Assembly: GCA_963808235.1 (NCBI GenBank)
Contig: CAWEEQ010000001.1
Location: forward strand, 256,001 to 320,000
DNA from: an uncultured delta proteobacterium
GTDB lineage: Bacteria > Desulfobacterota > Binatia > Binatales > Binataceae
Length of the DNA stretch: 64,000 nt
Reading direction: 5' to 3'
Shown here: piece after piece, positions 20,339 to 29,403 of the stretch
How the letters are laid out: every line of letters begins with the position of its first letter
Numbering within the stretch: the stretch's first letter is position 1
Made by a program: the position numbers and the translations under genes
The notes under the pieces: generated by a model
What the model was told of the DNA's origin: nothing
The model's database searches: none
The model's input: only the letters and a program-made list of their open reading frames with translations

Positions 20339-23300
20339 TGCCACTCGTCGAAGATCCCTGCGATCGGTTCGTAGCGGTCATCAATGATGCGCAAAAGTCG
20401 ATCGAGATTTGGCGCCTCGAAACTGTGCGCGATATCTTTTCTGATTGGACCGTTGCAGGAGCTGCAAAACTTATCCGTGGCCGCGCGCAATTTCTCGATC
20501 TCTTCCTCGATACTCTCGTCCTCTTCGTTTCTTCGAGCCTTGTAAACAACCTCGACCGCCTCGAGTGGCAGAAAATAGTTGGTGGTCGCCGAGAGCAATG
20601 CACCCACTAGTTTCGCCAGGTACTGGCGCGCCTCTTCGCGGCTCATCGGAAGGAACTTTCTGATCCACGCGGGCTTGTCGCCGCCGCCCACGATAATCGT
20701 GCGGAAGTTCGGATCGAGCGGTTCGCCCGCCGCGCTGAGCGCGACCGAATGCATCACGAGAACCAGCAGATCCCGTGCCTTCGTCCCTTCGCGAACAACC
20801 TGCTGCATCGCCGCATCGAGCTTCGGCGACATCCGCCGGACGGTGCCATAGAGATTGACCCGCTGTATGTAAGCGTCTGCGCCGGGCCGTTCGACGTTGA
20901 CGTCAAGCGCGATCGCATCGACGAGTCGGTCCGCGCGAAACGATTCGTCGGCCCGGCCGATCCGAACATCTTGCCATTGCGCCAGGTCTCCGACTCTCGC
21001 CCGCGACGCTTTTTCTATCCATCCGCCGATCAACCCCCGATTGATCATCGCGGCGTTATCCGCGAACACTCCGGCCGGCGACAGCCCCTTCATCTGCGCA
21101 ACCGAAAGCGCATCCTTATATGTCTGCTGGATAGCAGTCGGGTCGCCGCCGCAGGCCCAGAAAACGTCGCGCAGCAGAATTGTCTTTTGCAGGATCGACT
21201 GCTCGATCGGTTCGTCACCGCCTTCTTCAGCGGCATCATCATCTTCGAACATGCCGAGCGCGTATCGCGCCGTCGCTTGCAACGGACAGAGCAGAAACTG
21301 TCTGAGTGCGGAAAGTGGAAGCCAAATTTCCTCACGCCGATGCGATCCCGTCGCGATGCTCTGCGGTGGGTTGATGATCTGAAGACTCTTGCCGATGCGA
21401 TCGGCGATTCGCGCCGGCATCACTTTCAACAGTTCGTCTTGCTCGGGCAAGGGAAGGTGTCGCACATGCTCGTTTAAGTTTTTTCTGAGCGCCAGCATCC
21501 GCGCGCCTCGGCGCGCATCGGGATCGAAGCTTGCAAGTTCGCGATCCTGTTCAGGAGTCGGCGACTCTCCGAACTCAGGAAAATATCTGAGATCATATTC
21601 GCTGACGGGATGCTCAATTGTCATTTTCTTCAAAGTCTCGGCGTCAACGAATCCGCGCAGGATGAATTGTAGTTCGCGAATGACAGACGACGGCTCGAGC
21701 TGGTCTCCCGTTTTCGCATCGCGCACTACGTAGGAGAGAAAAATACGCTCGCGCGCGGCCAGCAGTGTCTCGAGGAAGAGATAACGATCGCGCTCGGTCG
21801 GGGTGACATCGCCGGCACTGCGTTTGAGCGTCCGCAGATCCAACGGACCACCGCGATCCCGCGCAGGAAAGTCAGTTTCATTGAGTCCCAGCGCAAAGAT
21901 CGTCTTAAAAGGAATCGAACGAAGCGAGGAAAGCGACCCGACCGCGACTCCGCGCCCCGAAAATTGTCTCTGGCGCGATTCGAAGTCGGCGATTCGCGCG
22001 ACCACCATTTCGCGCGCCGATTCATACGAGATCGGACCGACGCGCAATGTTGATTCGCCCATCGAATCGATCGCATCGAGAAAGCTGTCGCGAACTCGTT
22101 CGTCGATCGCGCTCGCGGGCCGGATGTACGCCTTCACGTACTCGATGAGCAGCTGCAACCACTCGGGCAGAGTCAGACGCGCGTGGCGCATCGATAAAGC
22201 ATCGGCGATGAGCGAGCGCGCTCCGCGGACGAACTGCGCCGCGCCGGCGAGCTGGTCCTGTGCGATTTCGAGCGGCAGGTAGCGGCTCGAGCCGGCCTCG
22301 AAGAATTTCGGCTTCTCGTCAGGCTGACCCAGCATCATCACGCCCAACGCGAGGCGTTTGATTCCCTGGTCCCAGTTGAAGAGTCCGGACGGAATATACG
22401 TGTCCTTCAGGTCTTCGTCGTCGGCGCCGAAGAAGATGCCGAGCGCCTCGCTCCATCGGGAGTACGCACTTGCGTCGATTCCGCTGTCGCCAATCAGCGC
22501 GGGATGGGTGAGGAGGCGGATTACTTCTCCACGCGCCAAACGGCTCTGCGGCAGTGCGAGGAGCAATTCGAAAGCTTCGGCAACCCGGCTGGTGCTGGAT
22601 AGTGTTCGGTTAACCAGATCGATTGGAATTTCCTGCTTGCGAAAGACGCTTTCGATGTGCGCGATGTACTGGTCGATCGACGAATCGGGAACCATCACGG
22701 CGATCTCGTGGAATCGAATGCGGGCGGCTTTGTTTTGCGCGAAGAGATCTTCGTCCTCGCGAATGATCGACAGGATTGCATTCGCCGCGATTTCCGCTTC
22801 ACGGCGGAGGCCCGGGCAGGCGAGGAATCGGATGCGACGATCGTCTGGAGTGCCCGCGCCCGGAGCGACTTGGGGACGAGCGGGCTCACGATCGAGAATA
22901 TTTTTTTGGAAAATTTCGAAAAGGCCCACCTTGCCGAAAGTTGACGGATCGGAAAAGAGTGGAACGAAATCGCATTGTGAAAGTTCGTTCATCACGCGGA
23001 TATATTCGCGGCCCGGCCGCCCCCAGAGCCGCAGAGCGGGCGAGTCGGAAATTGCGTTGAGCGCGAATGGGTCTTCGGATTCGTCGATCAGGCTGCCGAC
23101 TTTGTCGGCGCGACGCGCCCATCCGGCGAGCACTCCGCGGCGCGACGTGTCTACATCTTCCCAGAACTCGCGGCAGGGATTCAGTGCGTAGATTCGCAGG
23201 TCGGCGACTGCGCCCAGCCGGGCGAAGATTTCCGCGTAGGCGTTGCCTGCGTACGAGGAGCCGAATACATGCATCGGCGACGACATCGCGGCGCTCAACT

Positions 23301-23931
23301 GCTGCGAATCGATGGACTCGAACGCGTCGGGGAGCATCATCAAACGGGTTTCGGAATCTAGCATCCACTCTGGGCGGACGCGGCCATGCGAATCGAAGAC
23401 CAGTTGCCAGAGGTGGCGCTGCCATCGCTCCATTTCATTCATCGCGGCGAGATCGGTACGCGCGGCCGAGCGCCATCGTTTGATCATCTGGCGGCGGGAA
23501 ATTGAATATTCGCGAAACAGGCGCGCCAGTTGTCCGGCGAGGGAAAGAGTTCTGAGCTCGAGGTCAGAGTCGGTGTTCGAGCCGGCGCGGATGTAGTCGC
23601 GGGCCGGCTTCAACTCGGGATCGTCGCGATGGGAAGAATTTTGGAGGCATTCGAAGAGGACCATCTGGAGTTGGTCGGCGTCGAGGATTTTAAGCCTGGG
23701 ATCCGCCGACTTGAGAATTTCGGCCAGGTAGCTGCGCAGGAATGGAAATTTGAGGTTGGCGGCGATTCCGATCGATTCGGCCAGCCGATACTTCACGAAC
23801 TGCTCGACGACGCGGCTGGGCACGACAATCGAGATTGGTCCGAGCGGATTTTGGCGCTGATGCTCGGCGACCGCCTCGGCGAGCGGCGCGATGAGGTTTT
23901 CGAGCCGATTTGAGTAGTGAAGACGAATCAT
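20335..23931 (-). CDS. recC: Exodeoxyribonuclease V gamma subunit
   Basis: Motifs LHYSNRLE, LNPCREFWED, LRLWGRPGRE, LRSIPFK and DRYLFLETLLAARE. First gene of the recCBD operon. Confidence 0.93.
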   Translation of the reverse strand: MIRLHYSNRLENLIAPLAEAVAEHQRQNPLGPISIVVPSRVVEQFVKYRLAESIGIAANLKFPFLRSYLAEILKSADPRLKILDADQLQMVLFECLQNSSHRDDPELKPARDYIRAGSNTDSDLELRTLSLAGQLARLFREYSISRRQMIKRWRSAARTDLAAMNEMERWQRHLWQLVFDSHGRVRPEWMLDSETRLMMLPDAFESIDSQQLSAAMSSPMHVFGSSYAGNAYAEIFARLGAVADLRIYALNPCREFWEDVDTSRRGVLAGWARRADKVGSLIDESEDPFALNAISDSPALRLWGRPGREYIRVMNELSQCDFVPLFSDPSTFGKVGLFEIFQKNILDREPARPQVAPGAGTPDDRRIRFLACPGLRREAEIAANAILSIIREDEDLFAQNKAARIRFHEIAVMVPDSSIDQYIAHIESVFRKQEIPIDLVNRTLSSTSRVAEAFELLLALPQSRLARGEVIRLLTHPALIGDSGIDASAYSRWSEALGIFFGADDEDLKDTYIPSGLFNWDQGIKRLALGVMMLGQPDEKPKFFEAGSSRYLPLEIAQDQLAGAAQFVRGARSLIADALSMRHARLTLPEWLQLLIEYVKAYIRPASAIDERVRDSFLDAIDSMGESTLRVGPISYESAREMVVARIADFESRQRQFSGRGVAVGSLSSLRSIPFKTIFALGLNETDFPARDRGGPLDLRTLKRSAGDVTPTERDRYLFLETLLAARERIFLSYVVRDAKTGDQLEPSSVIRELQFILRGFVDAETLKKMTIEHPVSEYDLRYFPEFGESPTPEQDRELASFDPDARRGARMLALRKNLNEHVRHLPLPEQDELLKVMPARIADRIGKSLQIINPPQSIATGSHRREEIWLPLSALRQFLLCPLQATARYALGMFEDDDAAEEGGDEPIEQSILQKTILLRDVFWACGGDPTAIQQTYKDALSVAQMKGLSPAGVFADNAAMINRGLIGGWIEKASRARVGDLAQWQDVRIGRADESFRADRLVDAIALDVNVERPGADAYIQRVNLYGTVRRMSPKLDAAMQQVVREGTKARDLLVLVMHSVALSAAGEPLDPNFRTIIVGGGDKPAWIRKFLPMSREEARQYLAKLVGALLSATTNYFLPLEAVEVVYKARRNEEDESIEEEIEKLRAATDKFCSSCNGPIRKDIAHSFEAPNLDRLLRIIDDRYEPIAGIFDEWQ

Positions 23932-24031
23932 CGCGGGGTCAGTTGCTTGTGATCATCGCTGCGCGTTGCCGATCGCGAGTATCACATAAACACGGAGTTT
24001 CCCTTGCATCCTTATATACTGCTCTTTCCAC

Positions 24032-24048
24032 ATGACAACGGTTGTCAT
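24032..24048. promoter_or_regulatory. Perfect inverted repeat ATGACAAC-G-GTTGTCAT, candidate WYL-regulator operator
   Basis: Seen directly between the divergent recC and WYL genes. The TGAC-N7-GTCA core has the spacing of the DriD CGAC-N7-GTCG site. Confidence 0.7.
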
Positions 24049-24077
24049 CGGGGGGAGGAGATGATGTAAGTGAATCC

Positions 24078-25106
24078 ATGAAGAAACTTCGGCGAAAACC
24101 CACCTATGGCGCCGCGATCCGGCTGGCGCGAATCGCGAGCGAGCTTTACTCGAAGCCGTACGGATGGAGTTTCGGGGCGATCGAGGACAGCCTGGAAATC
24201 TCGGCGCGCACGCTGGCGCGATATATTGCGGTGCTCAGGAGCGAGCTGGTCGACATGCGGGGCAATCCGATCGTGGAAGTCGTGGGCGAGGGCGAGGCGC
24301 GCAAGCTTCGTCTCGCGAGCTCGATGAAGGCGCAGGAGTCGTCATCCTACCAGGTCGCGCTGCTGTATTTTTCGCTGACGGTGCTGAAATTCCTGGACGG
24401 CACGGTGCTGGAGGAAGGAGTCGAGGGGCTGTGGGAGAAGCTTTATCAGAATCTTACGCTGACGCAGCAGACGCGGTTGTCCGACTTGCAGCGAAAATTT
24501 TTTGCGGTCCTCTATGCGCCGAAAGATTACGCGGCGTTCAGCGATCAGCTCGACGTGATTTTGCGCGCGCTGCTGGATCAGAGCCGAGTGAAAGTCGACT
24601 ACGCGGGCCTGACCGGAGAGGGAAAAGTGCACGATTTCGACCCGTATTCGCTAATCGCGTACCGGGGCGGTCTGTACCTGCTCGGGCGCAGCAATCGCAA
24701 CGAGGCGATCATTTATCTTGCGGTGGAGCGAATTCGTTCGGTGGATTTCATCCGTGGGGAGAATGGCGAGACTGCTCATTTCAGCTATCCGCGCGGATTC
24801 GATCCGGCGGCGCATACCGAGGGGACGTTCGGAATCGTCGATGGGCCGGAGACGCGGGTCGAGCTCAAGATTCACAACGAGCAGACCGAGGCGTACGTGA
24901 GATCGCGCACGATTCATCGCACGCAGAAGTTCACCAAGCGGCGTGACGGGACGACGATCATGACTATGGATATCAAGGGGACGACGGAGTTGGCGAATTG
25001 GATAATGAGTATGGGTCCGTGGATCGAGGTGCTGAAGCCATTGGCGTTGCGGAAGGATATTGCGCGGCGGCATGCGGAGGCGTCGCGGATGTATCGGGGG
25101 GCGTAG
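24078..25106 (+). CDS. WYL-domain transcriptional regulator (wHTH-WYL-WCX)
   Basis: HTH LEISARTLARYIAVL, WYL core FDPYSLIAYRGGLYLLG...LAVERI, and WCX ELANWIMSMGPWIEVLKPLALR. Confidence 0.92.
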   Translation: MKKLRRKPTYGAAIRLARIASELYSKPYGWSFGAIEDSLEISARTLARYIAVLRSELVDMRGNPIVEVVGEGEARKLRLASSMKAQESSSYQVALLYFSLTVLKFLDGTVLEEGVEGLWEKLYQNLTLTQQTRLSDLQRKFFAVLYAPKDYAAFSDQLDVILRALLDQSRVKVDYAGLTGEGKVHDFDPYSLIAYRGGLYLLGRSNRNEAIIYLAVERIRSVDFIRGENGETAHFSYPRGFDPAAHTEGTFGIVDGPETRVELKIHNEQTEAYVRSRTIHRTQKFTKRRDGTTIMTMDIKGTTELANWIMSMGPWIEVLKPLALRKDIARRHAEASRMYRGA

Positions 25107-25150
25107 GGCAGATGAGGGGGAGGGAGGGGATCCGGATGCGGGATTTTTGG

Positions 25151-25460
25151 TGTCATCCTGACGAAGGGAGCGACGCGAGCGGATGGAAGGATCTCGGACA
25201 GCGGCGCGCAAGCGCCGCCGGCTCCGGTTTTGGGTTGCTGCATCCAATGAAATCCGGAGCCTGCGCGACGGCATCAGCTAGGACCGCTTCGCGATTTCAA
25301 AAACCGGTACCGGTTCGCTGGCGCGAAGCTGTCCGAGATCCTTCTCCTGCGCGCGCTACGCGCGCTTCGGTCAGGATGACAGATAGGCTCGCGCTACGCG
25401 CTGCGGCCAGGATGACAGATAGGCTCGCGCTGCGCGCTTTGGTCAGGACGACGGAAAAGG
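25151..25460. repeat. REP/REPIN- or MITE-like palindromic element with extra tandem copies of its right end
   Basis: TGTCATCCTGAC (25151-25162) pairs with GTCAGGATGACA (25370-25381). GAAGGATCTCGGACAGC (25186-25202) pairs with GCTGTCCGAGATCCTTC (25328-25344). Three ~36-bp tandem units span 25352-25460. Confidence 0.75.
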
Positions 25461-25602
25461 GCGAAGGTTGCGGGGGCCGGTTGGCGGGTTCATTCTGGCG
25501 GTTGAGGGAATTTTCTCTGTATCGTGAGCGAAGCTCGACACGATTGGATTTTCGGTGCGAGGTTCCGATCGGCGCGCTCTCGTCCAGGAAGGTGAGTAGT
25601 CG

Positions 25603-26559
25603 ATGATAGTCGTCACCGGCGGCGCGGGGTTTATCGGCGGCAATCTGGTTGAGGCGCTCAATGTGCGGGGCGTCAGCGAAATTATCGTGGTCGATCGAGC
25701 GGACCGGGATTCAAGCAACCTTCGGGATTTGCGGATATCCGATCTGATGCGGCCGGAGGAATTCGTACGAGCGATCGAGCACGATGCCCTGCCCCAACAT
25801 ATCGAAACTATTTTTCATCAGGGCGCGTGCGCGGACACCACCTGCGACGATCGCGCTTACATGATGGAGAACAACTTCACGTTTTCGAAGTCGGTTTTGC
25901 GCTTCGCACTCGCGCGGCGAATTCCGATGGTCTATGCGTCGAGTGCGGCGGTTTACGGCGCGTCGCAGGCGTTTGAAATCTCGCGCGAAAACGAGCGCCC
26001 GCTCAACCTTTATGCGGAGTCCAAGCTGGCTTTCGACAATCACGTCCGCGAGATCATCGGGGGTGCGGAAAGCGTCGTCGCCGGGCTGCGCTACTTCAAC
26101 GTCTACGGTCCGCGCGAATCACACAAAGGCAAAATGGCGTCGATGGTGTATCAACTCTATCGGCAACTTAGAGCGAGCGGGCGCGCGCGGCTCTTCACAG
26201 GCACCGACGGCTATGCCGACGGCGAGCAGCGGCGCGATTTCGTGTTCGTCGGCGACGTGGTGCGCGTGAATCTAGCGCTCGCGGGAGGTCCGATGCGCAA
26301 GGGAATCTTCAACGTCGGCACGGGACGGGCGCGCAGCTTCAACGAGGTGGCGAAGACGATCATCGAACGAATCGGCGCAGGCGCGATCGAGTATGTGCCG
26401 TTTCCGGCGAGTCTCGCCGGCCGTTACCAGAGCTTCACCGAGGCTGACCTGTCCACATTGAGGAACGCCGGATACAGTGAGGCTTTTTCCAGCCTCGAAG
26501 TAGGAATTGCGCAGTCCGTCGCCGCCTGGAATAAAGAGAGCGCGCCGGTCACCGACTGA
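25603..26559 (+). CDS. hldD: ADP-L-glycero-D-manno-heptose 6-epimerase
   Basis: Motifs MIVVTGGAGFIG, FHQGACADT, YASSAAVYG, LRYFNVYGPRESHKGKMAS and YQSFTEAD. Confidence 0.93.
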   Translation: MIVVTGGAGFIGGNLVEALNVRGVSEIIVVDRADRDSSNLRDLRISDLMRPEEFVRAIEHDALPQHIETIFHQGACADTTCDDRAYMMENNFTFSKSVLRFALARRIPMVYASSAAVYGASQAFEISRENERPLNLYAESKLAFDNHVREIIGGAESVVAGLRYFNVYGPRESHKGKMASMVYQLYRQLRASGRARLFTGTDGYADGEQRRDFVFVGDVVRVNLALAGGPMRKGIFNVGTGRARSFNEVAKTIIERIGAGAIEYVPFPASLAGRYQSFTEADLSTLRNAGYSEAFSSLEVGIAQSVAAWNKESAPVTD

Positions 26560-26578
26560 CTATTGAAGGGAGAACAAA

Positions 26579-27205
26579 ATGGGAAATCGCGGCGAGCATC
26601 GAGTTGAAACCGTCGCACAGCTCCAAGCGTTGATCGGCGAGCCGAATCCGATAACTCCGAAAAAGCTTTTATCGGAACTCGATGAAACAGCAATCGATTT
26701 TATCGGCCGATCTCCGTTTATCGTGCTCGCAACTGCCGACGCTCAAGGCAACCAGGACGCTTCGCCCAAAGGCGACGGCCCCGGCTTCGTCGTGGTCGAA
26801 GACCCGCGCACGCTTTTGATTCCTGAGCGCAAGGGTAATCGGCTGATGTTCGGTCTGAGGAACATCCTGGCGAATCCGCAGGTCGGAATTATTTTTCTGG
26901 TTCCCGGCACCGATGAGACTTTTCGGGTCAATGGCACCGCCGAGCTGAGCGACGATCCCGATTTATGCGGTCGACTCAGCGCGCGCGGCGCCCCGGCATT
27001 GCTGGCGATTCGCGTTACGGTACGGGAATGTTTTTTCCACTGCGCCAAGGCCTTCATCCGCTCGCAGCTCTGGAAGCCGGAGACGTGGTCTGAGCGCCGT
27101 AAAATATCCTTCGGGAAAATTTTGACGGCGAAGGTTGGCGGCGGAGAGGAACTGGCGGCGCAAGTGGATCGCGCTGTCGAGCAGGACTACAAGAACAATC
27201 TCTAG
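26579..27205 (+). CDS. Pyridoxamine 5'-phosphate oxidase-like flavin-binding protein (MSMEG_1061-like)
   Basis: Motifs DASPKGDGPGFV, IPERKGNR and FFHCAKAFIRSQLW. Confidence 0.88.
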   Translation: MGNRGEHRVETVAQLQALIGEPNPITPKKLLSELDETAIDFIGRSPFIVLATADAQGNQDASPKGDGPGFVVVEDPRTLLIPERKGNRLMFGLRNILANPQVGIIFLVPGTDETFRVNGTAELSDDPDLCGRLSARGAPALLAIRVTVRECFFHCAKAFIRSQLWKPETWSERRKISFGKILTAKVGGGEELAAQVDRAVEQDYKNNL

Positions 27206-27232
27206 TGATTGCGAGCGCGCGTCGAGGCTCGG

Positions 27233-28503
27233 TCAGTATCGGGCGCGCGATGCGAGTTCGCGGCATCGCTTTTTGTTGGCGACGATTCCTTTCAAGCATC
27301 GCTCGACGAAAGTTTCTACCGAGTGGCGCATCATATCCATCGCGTCGAAAATGTTAACCGCCGCGCCGCCCTCGAACACGTTGAGATTCAGCTCGCCGCG
27401 TTCCATCGCGAACTGGGTGGCGCGCTCACGCCCGAGCACCTGAAAGCAGCATTGCAGCATCGTCTCTGGGATGACCGGGTTGATTTTGCCGGGATAAAAA
27501 GATGAGCCTTCCTGGACGACCGGAAGCAATATCTCGCCGAGACCCCCGCGCGGACCGGAAGCGAGCAGACGGAGGTCCTGCGCGATTTTAATCAGGACCT
27601 CGGCGAGCAGTCGCGAGTTGCGCTGACACTGCACCCAGGTCGTCGATATTTTGGGCCGCATCGTAGAGATTTCTTCGCACCGAGAATCGCCGACCCGAAA
27701 TTTCGTTCAGAGTGTTTCAGAACCGTGCGCCGGTAAATCGCCGATGCGCCGCTTCCAGAGCCAATCGCGGTGCCGCCGAGATTTATTTTCGCGAGCGCCT
27801 CGACGCTTCGCTCCAATTCTCCGACCCGCCGCGCGAGTACCTCCGCATGCCCGCCGAACAGCTCGCCGAGCGAGACCGGCTCACTGTCCTGCAGGCAGGT
27901 GCGCGCGATCGTGATGACCGGCCGCAACTCCCCGGCTTTCGCGCGATACGCCCTGATGCAATTGCGAAGAACGCGGTGCAATTCACTCCATCGATCCAAC
28001 ACCGTTATCCTCGCCGCCGAATGACAAACGTCGGCCGTCGATTGCGACGCGTTCACGTGCGATTTCGGATGCACGAGTTTATAAGCGCCGCGCGCGCCGC
28101 CCATCTGCTCGGACGCGAGGTTGGCGATTACTTCATTCAGGTTCATGTTGACCGCGATACTTCCGCCGCCGCCGAGCAGGTCGACTGGAAATTGATCGCG
28201 ATGCTCGCCGCGAATCAGCGCGTCGCAGGCGTACTCGATAGCCGCGAGGCGGCGTGCGTCGATCACGCGCGCATCGCGATTGGCGCGCGCGGCGGCCTTC
28301 TTCACCATCGCGAGGGCGCGGACATAGTCGGGATAGTCGCGCAGCAGACTCGACGAGAAGGACAAATTCCGGACCGCGCGAACGGTCTGGATTCCGTAGA
28401 GCGCGTCAGCCGGGATCGCGAGCTCGCCCAAAAGATCTTTTTCGATGCGCGTCGAGGTAGTCGCCCGGCGCGACGCTAATCGCCGGCTAGACCGTGCGGC
28501 CAT
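27233..28503 (-). CDS. Aspartase/fumarase-superfamily lyase (AspA-like, divergent active site), two apparent +1 frameshifts
   Basis: Motifs RIEKDLLGE, YGIQTVRA, NMNLNEVIAN, HVNASQST, DLRLLASGPRGGLGEI and GSSFYPGKINPVIPE. Removing one base near 27711 and one near 27615 restores a single frame. Confidence 0.85.
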
Positions 28504-29320
28504 AGCGGGCCATTTGCAGCAGCTTGCTACTCCGGGTTGTGGGCTTGGTGTCGTAGGCGAGGAGGGCGACCAGGCGCGTGGTGCGTCCCCTGATCGGGGT
28601 GACGCGATGAATCGAGTTGCGTCCCTCGAAGAGAAGCAGCGTGCCGGGATGCATCGCGACTCGCACCACGCCTTCATCGGAACCATTCAGCAACTGCTTG
28701 ACGCGCGGATAATTTTCGTCGGTGGCGCTGCGGATCAGCGGCACGTATTCGAAGTCGCCGCCCGCTTCGGACGGGCGCAGCGCGATCGAAGTGACGAAGT
28801 CAGTTTGATCGAAGTGCCAATGCAGACGCTCGCCGTCGCCCATGACCGCGAGATTCAGCGCGCCCATCGGGTCGGCATAGCGATAGAGCCGGTCCTTCTT
28901 GAGTGCCGCCGCGATGAACTCCATCAAGGGATCCCATTCGAACAACCGGCGCAGCACTGAATGTGCGGGAAACTGATCGTAAGCGACGACTCCGACCGAA
29001 GTCGGCTTGAAAAATTTGCGCGGATGGTCGTCGGGCAAAGCGGGATCGGGAACCGCGAGATAAGGCGTGCCGGTGACGACGCTGTGGTACGCATGCGCGG
29101 CGAGCGAATCGCTCTCACGCACCAGGATCTCCACACAGTCGGGTTTAAGAAATCCGGGCAGCTCGCATGCGCCGGTCTTGTCCAACTGCTCGCGGCAATG
29201 ACGCGTGAGATCGCGGGCGGCCGCGCTGCTTAAATCAAGAATCGGGTAGCGCGCGAGATCGATCAGATCTGACGGCGACCACGACGCCGATCCGCTATCT
29301 GGAGCGGACTTGGATTGCAT
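28487..29320 (-). CDS. Fe(II)/2-oxoglutarate oxygenase, BesD/HalD-like family (HxD, hydroxylase type)
   Basis: WHFD and IHRV iron triad, plus GGDFEY, PGTLLLFEG and the Arg in TTRLVA. Confidence 0.8.
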   Translation of the reverse strand: MQSKSAPDSGSASWSPSDLIDLARYPILDLSSAAARDLTRHCREQLDKTGACELPGFLKPDCVEILVRESDSLAAHAYHSVVTGTPYLAVPDPALPDDHPRKFFKPTSVGVVAYDQFPAHSVLRRLFEWDPLMEFIAAALKKDRLYRYADPMGALNLAVMGDGERLHWHFDQTDFVTSIALRPSEAGGDFEYVPLIRSATDENYPRVKQLLNGSDEGVVRVAMHPGTLLLFEGRNSIHRVTPIRGRTTRLVALLAYDTKPTTRSSKLLQMARYGRTV

Positions 29321-29403
29321 AGTTCAGTGTCCTCGCTTGCGACGATACGACCGCCGCTCGATTCGCACAACCTTGCGAAGGTTTCGATGATCGGAGACGT
29401 TTG

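Noticed and set aside
25352-25460. Three ~36-bp repeats as a CRISPR array
   Set aside because: The units are head-to-tail with no unique spacers, are copies of the element's end, and no cas genes are present.
24998-25606. 202-aa ORF downstream of the WYL gene
   Set aside because: It runs through the palindromic element and has no protein-like features.
28487-29320. Radical halogenase
   Set aside because: The HxD triad is intact, whereas halogenases have HxG or HxA.
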